NCBI GenBank assembly: GCA_038205935.1
Contig: JBBRBK010000006.1
Location: forward strand, 1 to 56,194
Source: Campylobacterales bacterium
GTDB taxonomy: Bacteria; Campylobacterota; Campylobacteria; Campylobacterales; Sulfurimonadaceae
DNA: 56,194 nt
Reading direction: 5' to 3'
This document shows, piece after piece, positions 42,230 to 51,783 of the stretch. Both the position numbers and the translations under genes were made by a program. Under the pieces are notes generated by a model. It saw nothing but the letters and a program-made list of their open reading frames with translations, searched no databases and was not told where the DNA came from. Position 1 is the stretch's first letter. Every line of letters starts with the position of its first letter.

Positions 42230-43411
42230 ATGAAAAAAATCGTATTATCAACATTAGTTGCATTATCAATCGCTACAGTTGCATCTGCTTCAGATGTTAA
42301 ATTATACCAAGACGCAAATGGTCAAGTTTTTACTCAAGCGGCTGATGGTCGTACTGCAATAGAAGATAAATCTACACCATGGTTCTCAAAAACTGATAAA
42401 CTTGACTTTAGTATGTTAGTTTATGCTGGTTACCAAAATACAGATTATAGAGCAAATAGTACTTTAAAACCTGACGTTAGCCAATTTGAACTACGCCGTG
42501 CATATTTTCAAGTAAAAGCACACCTTTTGCAAGATCCAAAAAGCTACTTCCGTATTACTTTAGATACATACAATGACAGCTCAACAAATGGAAATCAAGG
42601 TATGCGTATCAAATATGCGTTTCTTTACTTAAATGATATTCTTCCATACACTGGTTTAGAAGCGGGTATCGCTCATACTACTTGGTTAGATTATGAAGAG
42701 CACAATGGTTGGGATTATAGAAATATTCTAGAGACATTTTCTGAGCACAATAACGGTGGTAGATTACAAGCTTCTTCAGACCGTGGTGTAAACTTCAAAA
42801 CAAATACAAAATACTTCTCAAGTGAAGTAGGTATCTTTAACGGTGAGGGTTATAATAGTAATCAACCAACAGATGTTAATAGAAGTATGGGTATGGCTTA
42901 TGAAGCAAGAGCCACTGTTCACGTTCTTGGTGTAGATGGTAGAGATTCTAAAAAGACTTTTTGGGATATCTCACTTTTTGGAAAAGAAAATACTAAAAGA
43001 TATACAGATGGTACTGATCTTAAATATCTAGGTGTGCACTCAGTATTTAATACAGAAAATCTTTTAGTAGGCGCTCAGTACATTAAATCTACAGATACTA
43101 GTAAAACAGCTACTCCATCTGTAAACTCTGGTAGCGGATATAGTATAAATGCCGATCTACGTGGCGGTGACAGAGACCAATACCATTTATTTGGACGCTA
43201 TGACAACTGGACTCCAGAAGTAACATCTGGTGCAACAAAATATGATGACCGTACATACATACTAGGTACAGCTTGGGATATGAACAAAAACGTACAACTT
43301 GTTGCAAACGTTATCACAAGAGATAACCAAAGCAATGCAACAGATCCAGCAGCAGGAATTGCTACTCCAAATGGAAACCAATATATGCTAACTGCTCAAG
43401 TAGAGTTCTAA
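42230..43411 (+). CDS. Outer membrane beta-barrel porin-like protein
   Basis: Signal peptide MKKIVL...ASA, FELRRAYF, GIFNGEG, C-terminal Phe (AQVEF). Start placed at the ATG at 42230 after AGGAG. Confidence 0.78.
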   Translation: MKKIVLSTLVALSIATVASASDVKLYQDANGQVFTQAADGRTAIEDKSTPWFSKTDKLDFSMLVYAGYQNTDYRANSTLKPDVSQFELRRAYFQVKAHLLQDPKSYFRITLDTYNDSSTNGNQGMRIKYAFLYLNDILPYTGLEAGIAHTTWLDYEEHNGWDYRNILETFSEHNNGGRLQASSDRGVNFKTNTKYFSSEVGIFNGEGYNSNQPTDVNRSMGMAYEARATVHVLGVDGRDSKKTFWDISLFGKENTKRYTDGTDLKYLGVHSVFNTENLLVGAQYIKSTDTSKTATPSVNSGSGYSINADLRGGDRDQYHLFGRYDNWTPEVTSGATKYDDRTYILGTAWDMNKNVQLVANVITRDNQSNATDPAAGIATPNGNQYMLTAQVEF

Positions 43412-43421
43412 ATCTTTCCTC

Positions 43422-43458
43422 TCAAATGTGACTCCGTCACATTTGAACCCTCTTTTTT
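43422..43458 (+). terminator. Rho-independent terminator of the porin gene
   Basis: TCAAATGTGAC-TCC-GTCACATTTGA followed shortly by a T-run. Confidence 0.75.
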
Positions 43459-43570
43459 ATTTTAAATATCCACCAACTTCTTTACATGTAAAGCCACTTT
43501 TAAACTATCCTTTGATATTCTAATCTTTCACTAATATAAAATGTGAAATTCGATAATAAAAGGTTACGCT

Positions 43571-44551
43571 ATGTCATTTAAACTACTCAGTCTCGTTACA
43601 TGTAGTGTCTTGCTTTTTAGCGGCTGTGCCACTATGCAAAAAACAGAAGTGCATGATGTGCCGACTGCTTCGGCTCCACAGGTCAGTAAAGCATTACAGA
43701 TCAAAAAAGAAGAACCTTCAGGACTTAAAAGAAAGGTTGCCATCGGACGTTTTTCTGATGAAACTAGATACGGACAAAGCTTTTTTATTGACAAGAATAA
43801 TGACAAGATAGGAAAGCAAGCCATGGATATTCTCTCCTCTCAGCTTTTTCAGTCTGGTAGATTTATCATGCTTGAACGTGCAGATATGTCAAAAATTGAG
43901 CAAGAGCTCAAGATGAACCACTCTGCACAACTTGACAACTCTGCTGATTATCTTATTTTAGGGTCGATCACAGAGTTTGGACGTAAAGAGACAAGTGATG
44001 TTGGATTTTTCAGCCGTGTGAAAAAACAGGAGACTTTTGCAAAAGTCCATATCCGTATCGTTGATGTTTCTACAGGGCAGATCATCTACTCTGAAGAGGG
44101 AAAAGGAACGGCTTATAGTGAAGCTGGAACAGTTATGGGCGTTGGTGCAAAAGGCAGTTATGATGCACAACTCAACGATAAAGCTATCGATGCCGCCATC
44201 TCAGATCTCACTTCAAATATCATAGAAAATATGCTTGATAAACCATGGCGTGGATATATCTTAGGATACGAAGATGGACAACTCATCACATCTGGTGGAA
44301 AAAGTCAAAATATCAAAATCGGCGATAGATTTGATGTATACCAAAAAGGCAAAGAGGTTAAAAATCCGCAAACAAATATGATGATGAGACTTCCTGGCAA
44401 AAAACTAGGCTCTATAGAGATCACGGCAACGATGGGAGATACACCAGAGAGTGAAGTTTCTACTGCCAAAGTCACGAGCGGAAACCTAAATTCAACCCTT
44501 TCATCAAAAGATTTCTCTGGACTTTATATACAAATAGGAGATAAAAAATGA
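43571..44551 (+). CDS. CsgG/HfaB-family lipoprotein with C-terminal beta domain
   Basis: Lipobox LFSGC, VAIGRF, SGRFIMLER, ADYLILGSITEFG, RIVDVSTGQII. Confidence 0.88.
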   Translation: MSFKLLSLVTCSVLLFSGCATMQKTEVHDVPTASAPQVSKALQIKKEEPSGLKRKVAIGRFSDETRYGQSFFIDKNNDKIGKQAMDILSSQLFQSGRFIMLERADMSKIEQELKMNHSAQLDNSADYLILGSITEFGRKETSDVGFFSRVKKQETFAKVHIRIVDVSTGQIIYSEEGKGTAYSEAGTVMGVGAKGSYDAQLNDKAIDAAISDLTSNIIENMLDKPWRGYILGYEDGQLITSGGKSQNIKIGDRFDVYQKGKEVKNPQTNMMMRLPGKKLGSIEITATMGDTPESEVSTAKVTSGNLNSTLSSKDFSGLYIQIGDKK

Positions 44552-44847
44552 AATATTTACTATCAATAGTAGCTTTACTACTTCTAATCGGCCTTAGTGG
44601 ATGTGGATATAAAGAGGGCGTGGCAACGGGAGATAAAAAATCTTATCTTTACTTTAGCGGAAATGTGAGTGATGTCAAAGTATCCGTTGATGGTGCCCCG
44701 CAGTTTGACGTCAAATCTGGACGCGACAATCAGTACGAGGTAAAACCCGGCAAACATGTGGTCACTGTGTATAGAAACAATGACATCATCGTCAATAGAG
44801 AAATATATTTAGGCGATGGAATTGCCAAAGAAATGGAAGTGAAATAA
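44548..44847 (+). CDS. Small beta-rich lipoprotein (PEGA-like)
   Basis: Lipobox LSGC; VSVDG...VKPGKHVVTV. Confidence 0.75.
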   Translation: MKYLLSIVALLLLIGLSGCGYKEGVATGDKKSYLYFSGNVSDVKVSVDGAPQFDVKSGRDNQYEVKPGKHVVTVYRNNDIIVNREIYLGDGIAKEMEVK

Positions 44848-45230
44848 TGAAGCTATCAAATAAGCTGACTCTTATCACTTCTGCGGTTGTACTGGTGCTG
44901 ATGGCTGGGTGTTCAAGCCAACCAAAATCTTTGTATAACTATGAAGATTATAGCGATAGCTATTATCACTACAAAAAAAATTCGGGTGAACAATCAGCTT
45001 TAGAATATAAACAAAATTTAGAAAAAGCGATAGAAAATGCAGGGGATAGTACTTCAGGGCGAGTGGCTCCTGGATTGTACGCTGATCTTGGATATACCTA
45101 TCTTAAAAGTGGAAATAACCAAAAAGCTATAGAGTATTTCACGAAAGAAAAAACTCTTTACCCAGAATCTGCTCATTTTATGGACCGTATGATTCAAAAG
45201 ATTCATACGCAAGAGGGAGATAAAAAATGA
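44847..45230 (+). CDS. DUF4810-like TPR lipoprotein
   Basis: Lipobox MAGC; VAPGLYADLG...EKTLYPES. Confidence 0.85.
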   Translation: MKLSNKLTLITSAVVLVLMAGCSSQPKSLYNYEDYSDSYYHYKKNSGEQSALEYKQNLEKAIENAGDSTSGRVAPGLYADLGYTYLKSGNNQKAIEYFTKEKTLYPESAHFMDRMIQKIHTQEGDKK

Positions 45231-45910
45231 GATTTCAAAATTTAACTGCCTTTAGTGCGCTACTTCTTACACTCTTTCTTTTTAGCGGTTGTGGACCGGC
45301 AACCATCTCAAAGGGAGCGGCTTATCCTAAGATGTATGAAGAAAAACCAAGATCTCTTCTTATCCTTCCTCCGATGAATGAAAGTACCGATGCCGAAGCA
45401 AAAGAGTACTATATGACAACAGTCGAGATGCCTTTTGCTCAGATGGGATATTATACTTTCCCTGTAGAAATGGTCAGCGATGTTATGAAACAAGAGGGTG
45501 TCTATGACACTGAACTTCTTTATCAGATGCCGATGAATAAATTTCAAGAGTATTTTGGAGCAGATGCCGTTCTTTTTACAGAGATCAAAAAGTGGAATGT
45601 TTCTTATATGGTTCTAGCGTCTAGTCTCACCGTTTCTGTCGAATCAAGAATAGTCTCTACTAAAACATCAGAAGTGCTATGGCAACACAGTGGAACTGTC
45701 GTAGTAGATTTAAGCGGTGGAAACAACAGTGGCGGTAGTCTTATAGGCTTAGTAGTACAAGCGGTTGCAACTGCTGTAAGCACAGCGGCGGCTGACTATG
45801 TAAAATATGCAAGGGTTGCAAATGTAAGATTAGTTTCAACACTTCCTGTTGGGCCATATCACCCACTTTATCTTCAAGATCAAGATGCGCAACTAATACT
45901 AAATAGATAA
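45227..45910 (+). CDS. DUF799/GNA1162-like lipoprotein
   Basis: Lipobox FSGC; PRSLLILPPMNES, GYYTFPV, FGADAVL, LPVGPY. Confidence 0.85.
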   Translation: MRFQNLTAFSALLLTLFLFSGCGPATISKGAAYPKMYEEKPRSLLILPPMNESTDAEAKEYYMTTVEMPFAQMGYYTFPVEMVSDVMKQEGVYDTELLYQMPMNKFQEYFGADAVLFTEIKKWNVSYMVLASSLTVSVESRIVSTKTSEVLWQHSGTVVVDLSGGNNSGGSLIGLVVQAVATAVSTAAADYVKYARVANVRLVSTLPVGPYHPLYLQDQDAQLILNR

Positions 45911-45917
45911 ACTCTTC

Positions 45918-45935
45918 CTCCCGCTTATGCGGGAG
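45918..45935. terminator. Hairpin terminator between convergent genes
   Basis: CTCCCGC-TTAT-GCGGGAG. Confidence 0.7.
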
Positions 45936-45938
45936 AAT

Positions 45939-46787
45939 TTAACCTTTGACCAAATCCCCATAACACGCAGGACGTCTGTCTCGGATGAGTCCCCAATAGT
46001 GCTGAAACTCTCTATTTTTTTCCAAGTCATACTCAGCGTAAAGTATCTCTTCTGTGTCACGACTTGCTTCTGCTATCTTAGCGCCTGAGGCATCAGTCAT
46101 AAAAGAGCTGCCAAAAAAGTTGAGTGAACAGCTTTGCCCATCTTCTTTTCCATATCTGTTTGCCGCGATTACCGGAACGATATTTGTAGAAGCATGTCCC
46201 ATCTGAACTCTTTGCCAGTGATCTTTTGAGTCTACATGTATCTCAGGTTCGCTTCCAATGGCTGTGGGATAAAAAATGAGTTCTGCACCTTTGAGTGTCA
46301 AAGCACGAGCCGTCTCACAAAACCACTGATCCCAGCAGATGCCAGCTCCGATGCGTCCATAAGCTGTATCCCACACTTTAAAACCACTGTTTCCGGGTTT
46401 AAAATAAAACTTCTCTTCATATCCCGGGCCATCTGGAATGTGTGTCTTGCGGTAATTTTCAAGCTCACGACCATCAGCGTCCATAACAACAAGCGAGTTA
46501 AAATACTCATTCCCGCTTTTTTCAAAATAGCTTACGAAAAGAACCGCTTGAAGCTCTTTAGCCAAAACAGAAAACATTTTTAAAAGTGGATGACCTTCTC
46601 TCTCTTGCGCCCATGAAAAATATTTTTCATCCATATCTTTACAGAAATATAAACCTTCAAAAAGCTCTGGAAGTAAAATGATATTTGCGCCATTTTTAGC
46701 GGCTTCTCTTGTTAATCGAACAGCTTTTTGTACATTTGAGCCTTTATCTTCGCTCATACTCATCTGAATAGCGGCAACTTTTACCAT
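45939..46787 (-). CDS. aguB: N-carbamoylputrescine amidase (nitrilase superfamily)
   Basis: LPELF, YRKTHIPDGPGYEEKFYF, GICWDQWF, YPTAIGSEP. Start at the ATG at 46787 after AAGGAG. Confidence 0.93.
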   Translation of the reverse strand: MVKVAAIQMSMSEDKGSNVQKAVRLTREAAKNGANIILLPELFEGLYFCKDMDEKYFSWAQEREGHPLLKMFSVLAKELQAVLFVSYFEKSGNEYFNSLVVMDADGRELENYRKTHIPDGPGYEEKFYFKPGNSGFKVWDTAYGRIGAGICWDQWFCETARALTLKGAELIFYPTAIGSEPEIHVDSKDHWQRVQMGHASTNIVPVIAANRYGKEDGQSCSLNFFGSSFMTDASGAKIAEASRDTEEILYAEYDLEKNREFQHYWGLIRDRRPACYGDLVKG

Positions 46788-46877
46788 TGAAATCTCCTTA
46801 TATGCGTGAGTACCCCTTGAGGGTATAAGCACTGTGAATATAGACAAAATGATATTATAAAAGAGCTATCAAAAGCG

Positions 46878-48806
46878 TTAAATTAACTCTTTATAAAACT
46901 CATATTTCTTCTCTCTATTTTGCTTGACACTATACATAGCCTGATCTGCATGATTTAACAATATACCACTTTCTTCTCCATCTTCTGGATAGATACTTAT
47001 CCCTATACTAAGCGATGGCGATAGGAAATGTTCATTTATATAGAATGATTTTTCTACGATTTGTATTATCTTTTGAACTATTTTCACGGCATCTTGAGCC
47101 TCTTTTATTTCAGTCAGTATAATTGCAAACTCATCACCTCCGAGTCTTGCAACCGTATCCTCTTCTCTCACACATAATAAAAGACGATCAGAAACCTCTT
47201 TTAAAAGATGATCCCCTGCTTCATGTCCTAAGCTATCATTTACCTCTTTAAAATGATTCAAATCTATAAAAAATACACCTACTCTGTATTGACCTCTTTT
47301 TGCCATCTGAATCGCTTTGTTCAGATTATCATAGTAGTTCATCCTGTTTGGAAGTGATGTCAAGATATCATGACTAGCCAAATGTGCAAGGGAAAGTTCA
47401 TACTTCTTACGATCACTAATGTCTGAGAATACAGACACATAGCCATTTACTATCCCCTCATCATCTTTTACAGAAGTGATACTTTGCAATGCCGTAAAAT
47501 TCTCACCATTTTTACGTTGGTTTATGATCTCTCCATACCATGTTCCCTTGGTATCGATAGCATCCCACATCTCTTTATAAAACTTTTCATTATGAGTACC
47601 CGATTGTAAAAAACTAGGATTTTGTCCAAGAGCTTCGGTCAAAGTAAAACCCGTAATTTTTGTAAATGTACCGTTAACTCGTACTATATTATTTTTTGCA
47701 TCTGATATCACAATACCTTCATGTGTATGTTCAAAGACAAGAGATGCTTCTTTCAACGCTATCTCATAATGTTTTTTTTCTGTAATATCTTCTATGTTTG
47801 ACCAGATATATTTCTCGTTATCACGCTGTAATAAACATCCTGAGAGTCTCACATTGATAAGATGCCCATCCTTATGAATATACTCTTTTTCATAAGGTCC
47901 ATAATGATTTTTCTGTGCAAGTGACCTTAACTGTTGTTGTTCTTGATCTGTATATTTTAAAGGTGTAAGTTCCCAGTATGTCATATTTAATATCTCATAA
48001 AGTTCATAACCGATCAATTTTAAAAATGCAGGATTAACATCTAACATCTTACCTTTCATATCTGTCAAAGCAAGACTGATAGACGATTCATCGAACAGCA
48101 TACGATAATATAGTCTACTCTTTTCAATCTCGCCAAGAAGAGGCTGAGTGAAAAATATAACGATAAAACCGCCTATTGTCATTACTATAATACTGATAAA
48201 AAATCCAAAGATTGCAGCTTGGATATATGGAGCCTGAATCTCTGCTATATCTATTTTAGCGACGATTCCCCATTTAAAATGCTTAATCGGTGTATACGCT
48301 GCAAGGACTTCCGTACCGCGATAATCTAGCCCGACAATAGTCCCCGTTTCACCTTTTAGTGCCATACGCATCGGCGCGGCTAATCCAGAAACAATCGGCA
48401 CTGAGACTATTCTGCCCTTTTCAGTATGACGATGACGAAGTAAAAATGCTATTTTGTTGTTATCAAGCGTTCCTAAAGTATATTCACCGCTCTTTCCAAA
48501 ACCTACAAACTTTTTATGTGCATATATAAGCTTATCTAAAATCTCTATTTTAGCTTGTGAGATTGCATCTGTAGGAGAGTTGATATGATCCATTTGAATC
48601 TGATAATCGATCATCATATCGATCATCACGGCTTGACTATTAACAATCTCAGTTAAACGTTTTTCTTGCTGTTCAAACCCTATCTTGTATAAACTGTAAA
48701 TAGATACATTCGTTATAACAAGAGCTACCAACACCATAATCGCTATAAGTTGATAAGGAGCTTTCAGTAGTTTCTGATAATGAGTAATATTATTTAATTT
48801 TTCCAT
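46878..48806 (-). CDS. Diguanylate cyclase (TM-Cache-TM-PAS-PAS-GGDEF)
   Basis: DYRGTEVLAAY Cache motif, two PAS domains, HDILTSLPNR, ARLGGDEF with an REED I-site-like motif. Confidence 0.93.
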   Translation of the reverse strand: MEKLNNITHYQKLLKAPYQLIAIMVLVALVITNVSIYSLYKIGFEQQEKRLTEIVNSQAVMIDMMIDYQIQMDHINSPTDAISQAKIEILDKLIYAHKKFVGFGKSGEYTLGTLDNNKIAFLLRHRHTEKGRIVSVPIVSGLAAPMRMALKGETGTIVGLDYRGTEVLAAYTPIKHFKWGIVAKIDIAEIQAPYIQAAIFGFFISIIVMTIGGFIVIFFTQPLLGEIEKSRLYYRMLFDESSISLALTDMKGKMLDVNPAFLKLIGYELYEILNMTYWELTPLKYTDQEQQQLRSLAQKNHYGPYEKEYIHKDGHLINVRLSGCLLQRDNEKYIWSNIEDITEKKHYEIALKEASLVFEHTHEGIVISDAKNNIVRVNGTFTKITGFTLTEALGQNPSFLQSGTHNEKFYKEMWDAIDTKGTWYGEIINQRKNGENFTALQSITSVKDDEGIVNGYVSVFSDISDRKKYELSLAHLASHDILTSLPNRMNYYDNLNKAIQMAKRGQYRVGVFFIDLNHFKEVNDSLGHEAGDHLLKEVSDRLLLCVREEDTVARLGGDEFAIILTEIKEAQDAVKIVQKIIQIVEKSFYINEHFLSPSLSIGISIYPEDGEESGILLNHADQAMYSVKQNREKKYEFYKELI

Positions 48807-48948
48807 CTGCTCCTCCACTTAATTTTAAAAGTCGACTAAGGTAATGATAACTAAAAAAAATTAACTAACTATAACAATTTTTTATATTAGTTGTATAAAA
48901 AAACAACATAATATGAAACTTTATTTTTTCTTTAAGATTATGATCGTC

Positions 48949-50790
48949 TTAGCTATTCCATATCGTCTCTTTTTTTAACAGCTGTTTATTTTTTTTAAAT
49001 ATCGAGTGCATGTCATGTAAGATAGATGTCAGTACATCGATGGTATCAAAAGTAAAAGCGCCTTTGTTGAGCATCACACATTCCGCGCGGCTGGACATCG
49101 CGGCATCTGTGACCTCAGCGCGGCTTGGAAGATTGTTTTTCATCTTACTTTCAAGCACTTGAGTTGCCCAGATGACTGGCATATGCGCCGCGTCACAGAT
49201 ATCTAAAAGTGCTTCTTGAATGTGTGGAAGATTTTCAAATCCCACTTCTATGGCCAAATCGCCGCGCGCTATCATGACGCCGCTATTTTTGGATTTTAAG
49301 AGCTGTTTTAAGATACTTGGCATATTTGCCACCGCCTGTTTTGTTTCTATCTTTGCGATGATCCCGATATCTTCTCTATTGTGAACTTTGAGCAGATCTT
49401 GGAGCTCTTTCACATCCTCGGCGCTTTGACAAAATGAGATACTCAGACTATCTGCAAAGCCGATCACTTCAAGTAAATTTTCTTTATCAAGTTCAGTGAG
49501 AGCGGCAGTTTTAATATAGCTGCTTGGAAAATTGATCCCTTTTTCCTCTTTGATAACTACGCCGTTTTCTTTGGCTAAAACAACCTTACATGTAATCTCA
49601 TCTTCGCCCATTTCGACAACTTCCAAGCCCAATTTTCCATCATCAATAAATACTTTGTCACCCAACTTGACATATTCAAGTATGCCATTGCTTCCACAGC
49701 CTATCAGCGCGGATTCAATATTTTTGCCATCTTCATCTTTTCTGCCAGCCCTTCCAAAAAGATCTTTTTGCGTGATCCGTACAAGATCATCAAGAAAAAC
49801 GCGGATCGGTTCACTCTGCGTTTGAAGATTTTTAATTCCACTCTCTTTTTTCTTGTGAATCAAGAGACTTTTTGTATTTAAAAACAATTTTTTCTCTATC
49901 ATACATTTTGCAATATGTTTATGAGTATCGATCACACGAATTACTGCTGTCTTTTTATTCATATCATAAGCTTGTATCAAAGAATCCTCTTCGAGTGACT
50001 TGAAAAAATGTTTATCTACCACGATTTGTGCTGGAAGTTTTTGTAAAGTTTTTGGGTCTAATATTTCGGGTCTGCTCTCTTCGTCTTTGTAGCAAAGCCA
50101 GACCTCTTTTGAAGTTTTATTACTGCCTACTTCAAGTGGAAGATCTATCTTTCTGATCTTTCCTGTACGGATCTTTGGACCTGCGAGATCAACAAAGATC
50201 TTCATCTTTTCATACTTTTCTTTATGTTCATTTTCTGATGTGATAATATTTGCCATCTCTTTCCAGATTTGTGGCGTGTCGTGAGCGGTATTGATACGAA
50301 ATATATCTACATGAGAAGTTGCAAGTTTTCGTATCAACTTTCCCTCATCCTCTGTCGCGTTTGATGGAAGCGTTATCATCAAAGAGGTTTTTTGACGACT
50401 CATTTTCGAGCTTGATTTTCCGCCAAAAAGTGCTTTTGCATTGTCTGATGCAATGTTGATAGCATCTTGAATAAAAAGATGATGGAACTCTTCCATCAAC
50501 TCCCTTGAAATTTCTTCATAGCCCAAAGAACAGCACAACTGATCATGTAAAGTGTCGATACTCGCCGCCACATGCGAATAAGAACGTCCAAGTGAAGAGA
50601 GAGAAAGTAAAGAAAGTTTTTCCTGTAATGAAGTATAGTCATCACTTCTGAGTTTGAGATATTGGTTTAAATTTAAAAGACTCTTATAGCGCAGTTCATT
50701 TGTATCTGTCTCATTACGAACCTCAAGCAAACTTATACGCAGTTTTTGTAACTCATCATACACTGATTGCATCAAATCTCTATCTAACAT
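48949..50790 (-). CDS. pyk: Pyruvate kinase, long form
   Basis: RINTAHD, DLAGPKIRTG, IAKIET, MIARGDL, WATQVLES, PSRAEVTD. Confidence 0.92.
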   Translation of the reverse strand: MLDRDLMQSVYDELQKLRISLLEVRNETDTNELRYKSLLNLNQYLKLRSDDYTSLQEKLSLLSLSSLGRSYSHVAASIDTLHDQLCCSLGYEEISRELMEEFHHLFIQDAINIASDNAKALFGGKSSSKMSRQKTSLMITLPSNATEDEGKLIRKLATSHVDIFRINTAHDTPQIWKEMANIITSENEHKEKYEKMKIFVDLAGPKIRTGKIRKIDLPLEVGSNKTSKEVWLCYKDEESRPEILDPKTLQKLPAQIVVDKHFFKSLEEDSLIQAYDMNKKTAVIRVIDTHKHIAKCMIEKKLFLNTKSLLIHKKKESGIKNLQTQSEPIRVFLDDLVRITQKDLFGRAGRKDEDGKNIESALIGCGSNGILEYVKLGDKVFIDDGKLGLEVVEMGEDEITCKVVLAKENGVVIKEEKGINFPSSYIKTAALTELDKENLLEVIGFADSLSISFCQSAEDVKELQDLLKVHNREDIGIIAKIETKQAVANMPSILKQLLKSKNSGVMIARGDLAIEVGFENLPHIQEALLDICDAAHMPVIWATQVLESKMKNNLPSRAEVTDAAMSSRAECVMLNKGAFTFDTIDVLTSILHDMHSIFKKNKQLLKKETIWNS

Positions 50791-50948
50791 CACATCCTCC
50801 AAAATAGGTAAATCTTCACTATTCTAACATAAGCAGGATACGCTTTGATAACATTAAATTGGCTATAATTACTGCACATACTCAAATAAATATGTATACT
50901 ATCAAAAAAGATAATGGCAGACTCGTGCCATAATAACAAGGATCACTC

Positions 50949-51776
50949 ATGGATGAACTCACTCAAGCTTTTTCAATCGCACTTATGGATCCGCTGACGG
51001 TATTAAGTAACAAGCTCACTTCAGAGCTACCAAACATTGCAGCCGCACTCGTGACCTTGATCATAGGCTATTTTATAGCAAAAACTGTTGCTTATCTTGT
51101 ACTGCGTTTTATTGAAAAAACACGTCTTGAACAGATCGTAGCACAGAGTGGATTCCTCAAGTTTTTCAATATTACAGAAAAACTTAGCTTTGCAGTGTTC
51201 TTCTCTAAACTCTCATTTTATATTTTGATGATAACCTTTGTTATGTCAGCAGCGGAAATGCTTCATCTCAATGTTATGGCAGACTCGTTAAAAGTAATCT
51301 TACTTTATCTACCAAATGTATTTGCTTCACTTCTTGTACTTCTTTTTGGTTTTTACATCGCCAATATTGCAAAAAATGTGATCATCAATGGCGCAAAAGG
51401 GATGAATATTGATTATGCTGCCCCTCTTGGAAAAACAGCTTATGGCGTTATCGCAATTATCTCTATCTCTCTAGCTATCGGACAGCTTGGCATCGATACG
51501 GAGCTTTTAAATATTGCTGCGGAAATCTTTCTTGTTGCCATCGCTGCATCTTTGGCGCTTTCTCTTGGACTTGGAACAAGAGGAGTTTCTGCTCAGTTTA
51601 TTGCAGGAGCATATGTTCGTGACATGTATGAGCCTGAGGATAGAGTTGAAGTGGATGGTGTCATTGGAACAGTTTTATATATAGGAAGTGTAAAAACAAT
51701 TATCGGCACAGATGAGGGACAAGAGATTTCCGTCTCGAATGAACGACTCCTAAAAGCAAAAGTTATCAAAGGTTAA
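50949..51776 (+). CDS. MscS/CmpX-like small mechanosensitive channel protein
   Basis: Repeated LPN TM helices, LSLGLG, short beta domain (VEVDGVIGTV). Confidence 0.82.
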   Translation: MDELTQAFSIALMDPLTVLSNKLTSELPNIAAALVTLIIGYFIAKTVAYLVLRFIEKTRLEQIVAQSGFLKFFNITEKLSFAVFFSKLSFYILMITFVMSAAEMLHLNVMADSLKVILLYLPNVFASLLVLLFGFYIANIAKNVIINGAKGMNIDYAAPLGKTAYGVIAIISISLAIGQLGIDTELLNIAAEIFLVAIAASLALSLGLGTRGVSAQFIAGAYVRDMYEPEDRVEVDGVIGTVLYIGSVKTIIGTDEGQEISVSNERLLKAKVIKG

Positions 51777-51783
51777 GAGATAT

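Noticed and set aside
43428..43440. GTGACTCCGTCAC resembling the MatP site matS
   Set aside because: It deviates from GTGACRNYGTCAC, occurs once, and is explained as the core of the porin terminator. MatP is not expected in this lineage.
43571..45910. Curli biogenesis locus
   Set aside because: No curlin-repeat genes or csgE/csgF in the window.
3950..49595. TTACATGTAA as an ordinary transcription-factor operator
   Set aside because: Most copies lie deep inside coding sequences or at gene 3' ends rather than in promoters.
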